From Candidatus Melainabacteria bacterium (GTDB taxonomy: Bacteria; Cyanobacteriota; Vampirovibrionia; 2-02-FULL-35-15): a stretch of 64,000 nucleotides of DNA. The DNA is taken from NCBI GenBank assembly GCA_023250195.1, contig JAHFBF010000004.1, positions 5,675 through 69,674 on the forward strand, given 5' to 3'. The translations under genes were made by a program, and so were the position numbers. Positions 29,062 to 38,709 of this stretch are shown in pieces (the stretch's first letter is position 1; the number at the start of each line of letters is the position of its first letter). The notes beneath the pieces were generated by a model, which worked only from the letters and a program-made list of their open reading frames with translations, was not told where the DNA came from and ran no database searches.

Positions 29062-31812
29062 ATGAAATCTTCTTTACAAAGAAAATATATTTCATTTGTT
29101 TTGTCTTTATTGACAAGCATTTGGTTTGTTTATGTTTTACCGGCCGCTTCCCAGCTTATATCAACCCCGGTAAAAAATAATTTACAGAATCAGGGGACAG
29201 GTCAAAATCCAGATGAGCAGAATGACAATAACAAAGCAACGCCTCTACTTGAACCACCGGAAGTTATACTCAATAATCAAAAAATAATATTTAACAGAAA
29301 ACCAATTTTTGATAATGAGGTATGGCTTTTCCCTCTTGAAGAAATTGCTATGAAATTACAGGATAAAGTAATCACAGATCTTGTAAGCGGGACAATTACA
29401 ATTCAAAGATCCAGGGGGAAATCAACTGTTCAGTTAAACATTAGAAATGGAATAGTAACCATAAATAACAGACCATTTAAGACATTGTTTGGATATAACA
29501 GAATAATTCCAGGAGCTGATTCACAAATGGTTCCAACAAGTGCACTTGTTATGCTTCTTGGTTTAACGTCAAAAGACAACGAAGAAGGGAAATTAATTTT
29601 AGTTAACACTGTTGGAGAAAGTAGTAATGCTGTTGGCACAGTACAACCGCTTCCCAGAAAAAATGTAAAAGATTTATTAGTAGATTACTTAACAATTACA
29701 AATTCATTTGATTGGCTGCAGAGCCAATCATTTTATACAAAAAAAACAGAGATAAACAGTGGCTTTCACAATGACAACTATGCAATAACTTCTGATTTTC
29801 TGGTAAAGTCAGGGACTAATACCCCATTAATTAATTTTGATACCGGTAATTTTTCATATTATAAAAATGCTTCTCCATTTCAAGTACATGTTGGTGATAA
29901 ACCCTTAAGTTTAGTAAAGTCACCTCTTATAGGTGGGGTTGTTATGCGTGGTCTACAGATTCAGACTGGAGGTCCATTATTAAAAGACAGCAAATTTGTA
30001 TTTGGAACCGGGTTTTTACCAACAAATGGAAAAATTTTAGGTAGAAATCTTTCATTTGTAAAATATGGAAGACTTGCAGAAGTTGCAGAATGGTCAACTT
30101 CACCAAATAAGCCATGGCAGTTTTCAATTGGGGAAGCTATTTACAACGATTCTATAATAAATCAACTTGTCAGATCAAAACAAAGTGGTGGCTTATTTGC
30201 ATTAAGTGCTACAAAAACAGGAAAATTTTTTGAAGGAGACTCTAACCTGGCATTTGGAATTACAAGTGACAAGGTTACAGGAAAAGCAAGTCAGGGTCCT
30301 GGTGGAGATATTTTAGTAAGACTAAAACCAAAAGACTGGATAAGCTTTTTTTCAAAAGGTGCCTATTACTCGCCCGGGTTCTTTTCATTATCAGGAAATC
30401 CTTTTTATCACGATAGAAACGAAGCAACCTTTGGATTAAATGTCGCTCCTCCAAGATCAAATATCGGAGTCAGTCATTCAGTAGGAAAATATAACTTAAA
30501 TTCCCAGAAACCAAACAACTATAGTGTTACAAATGTTTTTGCTTCAGCAACACCATTCAAAAATGGTCCAACCATATTATCAAGTTATTCAAAGAATGAT
30601 TCACAGGTGTCTTCCACAAGAGCTATTGACAACATACTATTCCCAATAAACATGACAAACATTTCTACAGTTGATTTCGAAACTTTAATCGAAAGAAGAA
30701 CCAATTCATTTTTTAGAACAAGCTTAATGAAAAACTGGAGAACTGTAAACTTTTCTTCCAGTGTAAATTATTTTACTTTTGCCGATGATAAACCTTTAAA
30801 ACTGACTGCGGTGGGAGGGCAGACGGTAACAAAATTCCTGACATATGATTTAAATATAAACAAATCAATTAATAGATTTGTTGGATTGCAGACATATCTG
30901 CAAGGAAGTAAATTATATAAGCAGGTAAGATTTGGAGTAAATGTTGGACCTCTTTTAGATAATAAATTAAACTTTTTATTGCAGACGGGTGCTCTTTTGC
31001 CGGAACAGGAAAGCCCCAGTTCACTTTATAGTTTGAATTTGAATTATCAAGTAAACAAAAAAACCCAGCTTAGTATGCGGTATGATAAAACAAAATTTTT
31101 GACATCTCTTTCAGGCATCTACCAATATAACCTGCGCGGAAAAAGTCCAGGTGCACTGTCTGAAATTAGAGAAGCACAGACTATTGGCAGAATAAAAGGG
31201 AGAGTTCTGGTACTTGAGGAAAATCCGAGAAAATCAACTGAGCAAAATAAAATTATCCTGCCTGGAACAACCAGAGAAAGAGGTGCTGAAAATATAAGAA
31301 TTCACCTCGGAAACTATACCATTACCACAAACAAAGACGGAACATTTGAATTCCCAAGTCTTACTCCGGATATTCATAGAGTTAGGATTGAATTCTCTGA
31401 CTTGCCTTCTTATCTAACATCAATTACTCCTGAAGCTGTAGATATAAAAGTAGAGGCCGGAAAAGAAACTAATTTTGATTTTATTCTTGCTTACTTTGGA
31501 ACACTGAGTGGAAAACTTCAGCTGGCTAATGAGCCTACAATGAAGCTGGAAGAAGAACCGGAGCTTCAGGATATCAGGGTTTACCTGGAAGGGACTGATT
31601 TTGAGACTCTAACAAATGTGGATGGTTCATTTGTCCTGGGAGATGTTAAACCAGGGAAATATAAATTAAAGGTTGACTCTGATTTCCTTCCAAAAGAATT
31701 GGAGATTGCTCCAAAAGATCTGGAAATTGAGGTTCGCGGTAAAGAAAAGGTAGAAAATGTACAACTTCCAATTAAATACAAAACCAAATCAGAAGAAATA
31801 AAAGTATTTTAG
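29062..31812 (+). CDS. Usher-like outer membrane protein
   Basis: Signal peptide; N-terminal periplasmic-type domain; long amphipathic beta-strand region; two C-terminal domains (TNKDGTFEF, TNVDGSFVL...PGKYKLKV); terminal Phe. Confidence 0.65.
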   Translation: MKSSLQRKYISFVLSLLTSIWFVYVLPAASQLISTPVKNNLQNQGTGQNPDEQNDNNKATPLLEPPEVILNNQKIIFNRKPIFDNEVWLFPLEEIAMKLQDKVITDLVSGTITIQRSRGKSTVQLNIRNGIVTINNRPFKTLFGYNRIIPGADSQMVPTSALVMLLGLTSKDNEEGKLILVNTVGESSNAVGTVQPLPRKNVKDLLVDYLTITNSFDWLQSQSFYTKKTEINSGFHNDNYAITSDFLVKSGTNTPLINFDTGNFSYYKNASPFQVHVGDKPLSLVKSPLIGGVVMRGLQIQTGGPLLKDSKFVFGTGFLPTNGKILGRNLSFVKYGRLAEVAEWSTSPNKPWQFSIGEAIYNDSIINQLVRSKQSGGLFALSATKTGKFFEGDSNLAFGITSDKVTGKASQGPGGDILVRLKPKDWISFFSKGAYYSPGFFSLSGNPFYHDRNEATFGLNVAPPRSNIGVSHSVGKYNLNSQKPNNYSVTNVFASATPFKNGPTILSSYSKNDSQVSSTRAIDNILFPINMTNISTVDFETLIERRTNSFFRTSLMKNWRTVNFSSSVNYFTFADDKPLKLTAVGGQTVTKFLTYDLNINKSINRFVGLQTYLQGSKLYKQVRFGVNVGPLLDNKLNFLLQTGALLPEQESPSSLYSLNLNYQVNKKTQLSMRYDKTKFLTSLSGIYQYNLRGKSPGALSEIREAQTIGRIKGRVLVLEENPRKSTEQNKIILPGTTRERGAENIRIHLGNYTITTNKDGTFEFPSLTPDIHRVRIEFSDLPSYLTSITPEAVDIKVEAGKETNFDFILAYFGTLSGKLQLANEPTMKLEEEPELQDIRVYLEGTDFETLTNVDGSFVLGDVKPGKYKLKVDSDFLPKELEIAPKDLEIEVRGKEKVENVQLPIKYKTKSEEIKVF

Positions 31813-31913
31813 TACTAGGAGTAAGATTCTAATTTTTACTGTCTAGATATTTAATACCGATAGTACTTCTTGGTAACCAAAAAGGATTATTGAAAATAAC
31901 GGTCAATGATTTA

Positions 31914-31942
31914 GAAGATGATTTTTTCTTATGGCTAGGAAA
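31914..31942 (+). promoter_or_regulatory. Locus motif copy 2
   Basis: gaagatgattttttcttatggctaggaaa, cf. 28868-28897. Confidence 0.5.
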
Positions 31943-32017
31943 AAGTTTACATTCAATTTATTTCTAAATCGAAATCTTTGTTTTAAATAACTTTTGGGTT
32001 TCTGAAAGGAAAACAAT

Positions 32018-32617
32018 ATGTTAAAACAAACGCGAGGTTTATTACTAGTATTACTTTTACTTTGTGCAAATTCAGTAGAATTGCCAGAGGTAAAAGCAGC
32101 AGCTTCTGTACCATTGGCTGTTACAGTTAACGGTTCACTCGTTATTTCTGATGCTGACAATGATGCAATGGCTGGAGTAAATCCTACAAAGAATGTTAAT
32201 TTGACTGTAACGCCTGATCTTGGACAGACAATACAAAGTGGAAATGCCAACTTTAGGGTAAGGTCAAATCGTTCAACTTGGAGGCTTACAGCTCAGAGGA
32301 CAGCTTCTGATGCTGGTGGTACGGGTATTACCGATGCGGATTTGCTGGTTGACATTGCAAAATCAGCCGGTTCAAATGCAAATGCAAATGCTGGTACATT
32401 AGTATCTCCATTTACCGGGCAAACCAACTTGTCAAGTATTACCACTGTAGCTGCTGTAGATGTTGTTAACGGAACTGCCAAAACATCATCTGCAAAAGAC
32501 AATGCTAATGCCAACAACTGGTTTCAGGTAAGCACTACATACAGCATCCAACCTGACTTTTTCTATGCACCGGGAACGTTTAGTTCTACAGTAACTTACA
32601 ACCTGGTTTCTCCATAG
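32018..32617 (+). CDS. Putative fimbrial subunit, paralogue 2
   Basis: Aligns end to end with 28185; ends GTFSSTVTYNLVSP. Confidence 0.7.
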   Translation: MLKQTRGLLLVLLLLCANSVELPEVKAAASVPLAVTVNGSLVISDADNDAMAGVNPTKNVNLTVTPDLGQTIQSGNANFRVRSNRSTWRLTAQRTASDAGGTGITDADLLVDIAKSAGSNANANAGTLVSPFTGQTNLSSITTVAAVDVVNGTAKTSSAKDNANANNWFQVSTTYSIQPDFFYAPGTFSSTVTYNLVSP

Positions 32618-32627
32618 AAGTTGTTTT

Positions 32628-32705
32628 GTCATTCTGAACGAAGTGAAGAATCTCTGATTAATCGATAGCGGTTTATGAGATTCTTCGCCTTCGGCTCAGA
32701 ATGAC
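32628..32705. repeat. GTCATTCTGA-type paired repeat
   Basis: gtcattctgaacgaagtgaagaatctc...gagattcttcgccttcggctcagaatgac. Confidence 0.85.
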
Positions 32706-32818
32706 ATTTAGATCTATTGAAATATTTATACCAGTACATTATTTCAGTACTAAATTACCAGATAAATTTCAGAAACTTGTGGAAAATAAATATATGGAAC
32801 TAGCCTTAGAAAACATCA

Positions 32819-33421
32819 ATGAGATTAAACAAATCTTTTATCTTCACATTAATTGTGCTGTTGATTTTATTTACAGTACCAATAAAAACGTTTTCCCAAT
32901 CAGCAACAGTACCAATAAATATAAATGTTAACGGAACACTTACAATTTCTGATGCCTCAAATGATTCAAGCGCAGGTAAAAATCCAACCATAAACGTAAA
33001 TCTCTCTATAACGCCGGATCTTGGAGCTGCACCTGCTACAGGAAATGCAAACTTCAGGATAAGAACAAATAGATCTAACTGGAGACTCACTGCACAAAGG
33101 ACTTCTGAAGTTGATACAGGCCCAACAAACATTGTGGCAATGGACATAGCATTATTAGTTACTACTCAAGCCGGGACAAATGCAAATGCAATGGCTGGAA
33201 CACTTGTAGCTCCATTTACCGCAACAACAGACTTAAGCAACATATCAACAGCTGCACCGGTAGATGTAGTCAGCGGTACAGCTAAAACATCAACAGCAAG
33301 AGATAATACAAATACAAACAATTACTTCCAGATTAATACTCAATACAGCATTCTTCCTGACTTCTTCTTCCAGCCAGGGACCTGGAGAACAACCATAACC
33401 TATAATCTGGTTAGCCCTTAG
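32819..33421 (+). CDS. Putative fimbrial subunit, paralogue 3
   Basis: ATVPININVNG; WRLTAQR; ends GTWRTTITYNLVSP. Confidence 0.7.
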   Translation: MRLNKSFIFTLIVLLILFTVPIKTFSQSATVPININVNGTLTISDASNDSSAGKNPTINVNLSITPDLGAAPATGNANFRIRTNRSNWRLTAQRTSEVDTGPTNIVAMDIALLVTTQAGTNANAMAGTLVAPFTATTDLSNISTAAPVDVVSGTAKTSTARDNTNTNNYFQINTQYSILPDFFFQPGTWRTTITYNLVSP

Positions 33422-33440
33422 AGAAGAAATAACTACATGC

Positions 33441-33516
33441 GTCATTGCGAGCCCGAAGCAATCTCCCTAACTTATTCACATTTGTGAGATTGCTTCGTCG
33501 CTAATGCTCCTCGCAA
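33441..33516. repeat. GTCATTGCGAG-type paired repeat
   Basis: gtcattgcgagcccgaagcaatctc...gagattgcttcgtcgc...ctcctcgcaa. Confidence 0.85.
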
Positions 33517-33662
33517 GAACATAATGTGTTTTATCCCCAAGGGTTTTCCTTAGACTTTTTAAATCAGCTACCCTTCTTAACTAAATATTATTTGAATACT
33601 GCAAAAATTGACGATGGTAGTATCTATGAACTAGACTTAAAAGACTATACTTTAAGTGTAGA

Positions 33663-33698
33663 TTCCTAGCCAAAACAATCATCTTCCATTTCATGACC
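33663..33698 (-). promoter_or_regulatory. Locus motif copy 3, inverted, overlapping start codon of paralogue 4
   Basis: rc ggtcatgaaatggaagatgattgttttggctaggaa vs ggtctgaaatgaagatgattgtttttctatggctaggaa at 28858. Confidence 0.5.
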
Positions 33699-34307
33699 AC
33701 TCAAAAAAACACAACAAGTTTTTTCTTAGTACTTATAGTCTCTTGTTGTGTTTTTTTTATTTCAGGTGATTTAACTGCAAGCTCAAATCAGGCTACCGTA
33801 CCCATTAATATCACTGTTGCCGGCAAACTAATTATTACTGATGCTGAAAATGATAATAACTCCAGTGCTAATCCAACCCTGAATGTGAATTTAAAATTAG
33901 TCCCTGATTTAAGCAATTCAACTGTTTCAGGTTCATCTTCAGTCAGAATAAGAACAAATCTGAATTCATGGAAGCTGACTGCTCAGAGAAGTAATTTAGC
34001 TGACCCACTGGTTAACATAGATCCCAGAGATATTGCACTAAATTTTACAACTCAGGCTGGGTCAAAAGCAAATCCAAATGCAGGAAAATTATTATCTCCA
34101 TTTAATAAAGCTGCTGATTTAAGCTACATATCAACAAACAGCCCTACAGATGTTTTAATCGGAGTAAGTAAAACCTCCCTTGATAAAGATCCTGAAAATA
34201 GAAACAACTGGTTTCAGCTTACATCAAACTACAGCGTTTCACCGGATTTCTTCTACGAAATCGGAGAATGGAATACAACTGTCAGCTATAGTTTAGTTAG
34301 TCCGTAG
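33693..34307 (+). CDS. Putative fimbrial subunit, paralogue 4
   Basis: ATVPINITVAG; WKLTAQR; ends GEWNTTVSYSLVSP. Confidence 0.7.
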   Translation: MTTQKNTTSFFLVLIVSCCVFFISGDLTASSNQATVPINITVAGKLIITDAENDNNSSANPTLNVNLKLVPDLSNSTVSGSSSVRIRTNLNSWKLTAQRSNLADPLVNIDPRDIALNFTTQAGSKANPNAGKLLSPFNKAADLSYISTNSPTDVLIGVSKTSLDKDPENRNNWFQLTSNYSVSPDFFYEIGEWNTTVSYSLVSP

Positions 34308-34319
34308 ATTATGTCATTG

Positions 34320-34466
34320 GAGGATATCTCAAAACTCTGTCTATGGAGATTAGCTATTTTTCTGACAAAATAGAAAGAGTGAAAGTAGCTTGTCATTCCC
34401 GCGAAAGCGGGAATCCAGTATCGGTAGCAGTCTTGTCTGGATTCCCTGGTCGAGCCAGGGAATGAC
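34320..34466. mobile_element. Truncated MITE copy with internal GTCATTCC repeat
   Basis: Near-identical to reverse complement of 48759-48904; follows gtcattg. Confidence 0.75.
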
Positions 34467-34506
34467 ATTTATATTCAGCCATCATTCAAAGACTTATAAT
34501 TAACAT

Positions 34507-35061
34507 ATGACCTTTCCAAGAATTCTTTTTCTGTTTATATTTATTTTTTTAATCCTAGTATTTCCAATAAATTCATTGGCCTGTTTATCAATTACAGATG
34601 ATTTAAATACTCCAAACCCAATTATAAATGCAAGTTTTAGTTTTCAGCCTGATATAAATCCTTTTACTGATTGCTGGTCAGGTGCAATGAGAATTCGCAG
34701 TGATAAAAATGGCTGGAGACTTGTAGCCACGAGAGTTGGACCAAGTTCTTCAAATGCAGAAGGGAACTCTCAGGATAACGTTATGGCAAATGATATAACA
34801 CTTAATATATCAGTTCAGGCATTTGGGCAGGCAGATTCAAATGGTGCGATCTTAGTCTCTCCCTTTTCTTCACAGACAGAGTTATCTTCAATCCAATCCG
34901 GAACTTTTATAATATCGGGAGTTAAAAAATCAAGCAATAGTTGCTCTTCGTTCAATCCAAGCTACTACAAAGTTACCAAAAAACTTTGTTTGTTCCGGGA
35001 TTTTATCTTTAACCCCGGAGCATATAATGGTCAGGTATCTTATATTCTTATTAATCCATAA
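34507..35061 (+). CDS. Divergent fimbrial subunit lacking N-terminal extension (candidate tip/cap)
   Basis: Mature region starts CLSITDD; retains RIRS...WRLVATR, GAILVSPF, GAYNGQVSYILINP; four Cys. Confidence 0.6.
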   Translation: MTFPRILFLFIFIFLILVFPINSLACLSITDDLNTPNPIINASFSFQPDINPFTDCWSGAMRIRSDKNGWRLVATRVGPSSSNAEGNSQDNVMANDITLNISVQAFGQADSNGAILVSPFSSQTELSSIQSGTFIISGVKKSSNSCSSFNPSYYKVTKKLCLFRDFIFNPGAYNGQVSYILINP

Positions 35062-35068
35062 ACTAACA

Positions 35069-36079
35069 ATGAGGGATATTAAATTTAAACTTAAAACTAT
35101 GAATAATTTAAACTTAAAGTTGTTTTCTTTATTAGCCAGCCTGATTATTATTTCTATATTTTGTGATCAGGCATTGGCCTGGACTGTTTCACCGGTCAGG
35201 TTTGAAGTAAAAGCACAAAAAGGGAAAGAGTACACTTTAACTTTTGCAGTTTTAAATGAAAGTCAGCTCTATCAAAAAAGGTTTGAGATTCAGACTGATG
35301 ACTGGATTATAAACAAAAATAATGACTTCCTTCGAAAAGCATTTACTGAGGGGGTCGAAAATAAACATTCAGCAACATCCTGGATAAAAGTTACACCAAT
35401 GCAGTTTGTAGTGCCGCCGGGAGAAACAAAAAATATAAGGTTTACTATTTCTGTCCCAAATGATGTTTCTGCAGATGGAGATTATACAGCAGGAATTTTT
35501 GTTGGGGAAAAAAATATTGAAAAGCCGCCAAAAGGGGAAAAAATAGTTCACATAAAGCAGGATACATTTATTGGAGTCATTGCCTATGTACAAATTGGGG
35601 AAGAAAAACATTCTGTCATTCTAAAAAATTTGAAAGTAAAATCAAAGTCGATTTCCAAAGGGTTAAACAAAGTTACAATCCTGCCTACTTATGAAAGTCA
35701 GGGGAATGTTCATGCAAGAGGACAAATACAAATAAAACTGGAGCCACTTTCAAAGATTGAGATAAAAGAAACAAAAGCAGAAGTTGAAAAGAGTAATGAT
35801 CAGGTAAATTTAAAAAACACAAATGCAATGTCTGTTGAACCTGCTCCAGAGGAAGAAGATAAGATAAAAGAACTTAATGCCGGTGAAGTAGTGATTCTTC
35901 GAGAATCAGAGGTTACCTACCCAATTGATTTTCCTTTCCCGGTTCCAGAAAACAGTGAATGGAAAATTACAGTAAAAACTGATTTTGGAGATTATGCTCC
36001 TGTTTTGGTTGGGACAAAAACTTATAAGGTGCCTTTGGCTGAAATGCCGGTAATATCGCCTAAAGAAAAGAAGAAGTAA
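35069..36079 (+). CDS. Periplasmic chaperone-like protein (PapD/DUF916-like)
   Basis: Signal peptide ALA then WTVSPVRFEV; SWIKVTP..FVVPPGETKNIRFTISVP; GDYTAGIFV; GNVHAR; start 35069 or 35099. Confidence 0.7.
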   Translation: MRDIKFKLKTMNNLNLKLFSLLASLIIISIFCDQALAWTVSPVRFEVKAQKGKEYTLTFAVLNESQLYQKRFEIQTDDWIINKNNDFLRKAFTEGVENKHSATSWIKVTPMQFVVPPGETKNIRFTISVPNDVSADGDYTAGIFVGEKNIEKPPKGEKIVHIKQDTFIGVIAYVQIGEEKHSVILKNLKVKSKSISKGLNKVTILPTYESQGNVHARGQIQIKLEPLSKIEIKETKAEVEKSNDQVNLKNTNAMSVEPAPEEEDKIKELNAGEVVILRESEVTYPIDFPFPVPENSEWKITVKTDFGDYAPVLVGTKTYKVPLAEMPVISPKEKKK

Positions 36080-36140
36080 AAGCAGGTTTTAAATCTGCTT
36101 CAATAGAAAAAGAAATAAAGAAAATTTAGGCAGAAATTAT

Positions 36141-36620
36141 TTACACCCACAAATTTCCTAAATATTCTAATTTGCTAAACCCTTCGTTATATGCTTTTAT
36201 GATTTTATCTGCAACAGGAGGATAAAGAGTGATTTTTTCTAACTCAAGAATAGGTTTGTAAGCTGCGTCAGCTAACATGGGTTCATCACCTACTTTTAAT
36301 TCACCACCAAGAACTTCACCGGTTGCATAAATATTTATTATATGCCTGCTTCTGTCCGGTGCAATTGCTTCTGATAAAAATACAACTTTTCCAAATTTAA
36401 TATCCAGATTTGTTTCTTCTTTTAATTCTCTGACACCACAGGTTGCAAAGTCTTCACCATATTCAATTCGCCCACCTGGTAAAACCCAGTAATATCTATT
36501 TGCTTTTTTATGCTGAACAAGCAGTATTTCTTTTTTTTCATTAACAATAATTACTGAAACCCTGAAATTAGGTCTCTGCGGAAAACTTTTTCTAGTTCCA
36601 AAGTTAGGATTTGATGACAT
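36141..36620 (-). CDS. NUDIX hydrolase
   Basis: PGGRIEYGEDFATCGVRELKEETNL. Confidence 0.9.
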   Translation of the reverse strand: MSSNPNFGTRKSFPQRPNFRVSVIIVNEKKEILLVQHKKANRYYWVLPGGRIEYGEDFATCGVRELKEETNLDIKFGKVVFLSEAIAPDRSRHIINIYATGEVLGGELKVGDEPMLADAAYKPILELEKITLYPPVADKIIKAYNEGFSKLEYLGNLWV

Positions 36621-36633
36621 ATTGGATTTATAT

Positions 36634-36723
36634 TCTTAATTTGCTTCGTCGGCTTTGCAAAATACCTCCGATAGATTCAATCTATCGCCATCCAGGTTTT
36701 GCCAATTTAATTGGACAAAACCT
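36634..36723 (-). repeat. Variant hairpin element upstream of NUDIX gene
   Basis: rc aggttttgtccaattaaattggcaaaacc...tattttgcaaagccgacg; similar to 52582-52716 and 9544-9596. Confidence 0.6.
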
Positions 36724-36835
36724 TTCTTTATGAATTTTGTTAGATTAGTCATCTTGCAAATGGGGAGAAACTGTAACTAGTAAATATTATACACGATTAA
36801 ACACTAAATTAAACAGATAAGATAACATTTTCTAC

Positions 36836-38164
36836 ATGGCAGTTTCATTCTTAAACTTATTAGACAAATTTAGACCTCATAAAGTTTATAAACCATCACC
36901 TCTTTTAGGTGTAACTCAATTTTTTGTTTTAGCTTCTTTCTGGTTTTTAATTATTTATGGAGCAACAGTAGTTACAACAATTTTATTTGCTAAGTTTATT
37001 CCGGATATTTTATACAATTTAAAACTATTTGCAATTGCAGATATAGTTTATTACCTTGCTCCTTTAATTGCAGTTATGGTTCTTATACCGGCAAATGCTA
37101 CTTTTCTTGTTTTAAATGAAAGAAAAATATTAGCATTACTTACAGTAAGATCCGGACCAAACCGTGTTGGACCAAATGGCTTTTTACAAACTGCCGCTGA
37201 TGCCGTAAAGCTTTTATTTAAAGAAGATATCACTCCGAAAGGTGCTGACAAATTGCTTTTTACCCTGGCACCAGTAATATTTTTTGCACCAAGTGTTATT
37301 GCATTTATTCCAATTTTAGCTGTTGCAACCAACAACAGTGGTCCGTTTATTTCATGTGACCTGTCTATAGGGTTACTTTTTATTCTTGCTGTTTCATCAA
37401 TTCCTGTTTTAGGACTTGTTCTTGGGGGCTGGGCTAGTAACAATAAATATTCTTTAATTGGCGGTTTGCGCAGTGCAGCGCAGGCAATAAGCTATGAAAT
37501 CCCAATGGTTCTAACAATAATAAGTATGATTGTTTTAACGGGCTCAATTAATTTAAATGAAATTGCAAACAATCAGGTTGGGGGAATTTTAAAATGGAAC
37601 TTATTTGCATTTGGTAATTTACATTTACTGCTAAATTTATTTCCACTTGGAAAGAATTCTCTTATAGGTTTATATGCACTTGTACTTTTAATGGTCTGTT
37701 TTATTTTGTTTTTTATGTATCTTGTATCTGCCTGTGCAGAGGTAAACAGAATTCCGTTTGATCTCCCGGAAGCTGAAAGCGAGCTTGTTTCAGGATACAA
37801 TACAGAGTTTACTGGAATGAAATTTGCACTTTTCTTCCTGGCTGAATACACGGCATTATTTATAATTTGCTGTCTTGCTTCAATTTTATTTCTTGGAGGA
37901 GGGCATCTGCCTGTTTCAATCGGAGATGAAAATAAAATAATTGAATCACTTGCAAATACACGCTTTGGAGATTTAAGCTGGCTTTTACCATCAACCGTAT
38001 TAATGCTGAAAGCATATGTTTTAATCTTTGTTTCTGTTTGGGTCAGAGCTACTTTGCCAAGATTACGCTATGATCAACTCATGACGTTTAGTTGGAAATT
38101 TCTAATCCCTCTGTCATTAATAAATATTTTTGTAGTAGCAGTGCTGGTAAGTTTAAAACCATGA
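36836..38164 (+). CDS. nuoH: NADH-quinone oxidoreductase subunit H (NdhA)
   Basis: ERK...RSGPNRVGP, ADAVKL..KED, SNNKYSL.GGLR..AQ.ISYE, PFDLPEAESELV. Confidence 0.96.
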   Translation: MAVSFLNLLDKFRPHKVYKPSPLLGVTQFFVLASFWFLIIYGATVVTTILFAKFIPDILYNLKLFAIADIVYYLAPLIAVMVLIPANATFLVLNERKILALLTVRSGPNRVGPNGFLQTAADAVKLLFKEDITPKGADKLLFTLAPVIFFAPSVIAFIPILAVATNNSGPFISCDLSIGLLFILAVSSIPVLGLVLGGWASNNKYSLIGGLRSAAQAISYEIPMVLTIISMIVLTGSINLNEIANNQVGGILKWNLFAFGNLHLLLNLFPLGKNSLIGLYALVLLMVCFILFFMYLVSACAEVNRIPFDLPEAESELVSGYNTEFTGMKFALFFLAEYTALFIICCLASILFLGGGHLPVSIGDENKIIESLANTRFGDLSWLLPSTVLMLKAYVLIFVSVWVRATLPRLRYDQLMTFSWKFLIPLSLINIFVVAVLVSLKP

Positions 38165-38709
38165 TAAATATTTTAAAAAAAACGATTTCAGGTGTTTATA
38201 ATATTGCAGTTGGTATGCTTACCGTATTAAAGCATGTAGGCAGAAGCCCAATTACTTCATCATATCCGGATGTAATTCCTGAGCTATATCCAGCATCGCG
38301 ACACAGACTTGCACTAACAGTTAATCCTGATACAGCAGAACATCTGTGCATTGCATGTAAACAATGTGAAAGAATTTGTCCTGATACATGTATAACTGTT
38401 ATTGGCGATCCAGAAAAGAAAGGTGTTATAAAAGATTTTTATCTGGACCATGGGCTTTGTATGTTTTGTGGTTTATGTGTAGAAGTCTGTCCTACAAACT
38501 GCATTATCAATACTGTTGACTTTGAGATGAGTGAGTATACAAGGGAAGATTTAATTTATGATATTGACAGGCTGACACTTACGCAGGAACAGTCCAGATT
38601 TTATTTTGATTTCAAAGAAATGCCAAAGCCAAAACCAAAGCCAGCAAAAGTACCAGCAGCAGCAAAACCTGTAGCAGCTGGAGTTCTGGAGAAAAAAGAA
38701 TCGTTATGA
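38161..38709 (+). CDS. nuoI: NADH-quinone oxidoreductase subunit I (NdhI)
   Basis: Two CxxCxxCxxxCP motifs; ATGA overlap with nuoH. Confidence 0.93.
   Translation: MINILKKTISGVYNIAVGMLTVLKHVGRSPITSSYPDVIPELYPASRHRLALTVNPDTAEHLCIACKQCERICPDTCITVIGDPEKKGVIKDFYLDHGLCMFCGLCVEVCPTNCIINTVDFEMSEYTREDLIYDIDRLTLTQEQSRFYFDFKEMPKPKPKPAKVPAAAKPVAAGVLEKKESL

Noticed and set aside
28460..33147. Similar antisense ORFs at 28460, 31903, 32293 and 32806
   Set aside because: Shadows of the paralogous subunit genes on the opposite strand.
36634..36723. c-di-GMP-I riboswitch (GGCAAAACC...GCAAAGCC)
   Set aside because: No GNRA-capped stem or GGGACG and no second-stem receptor; better explained as a dispersed hairpin element. 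A cmscan would settle it.
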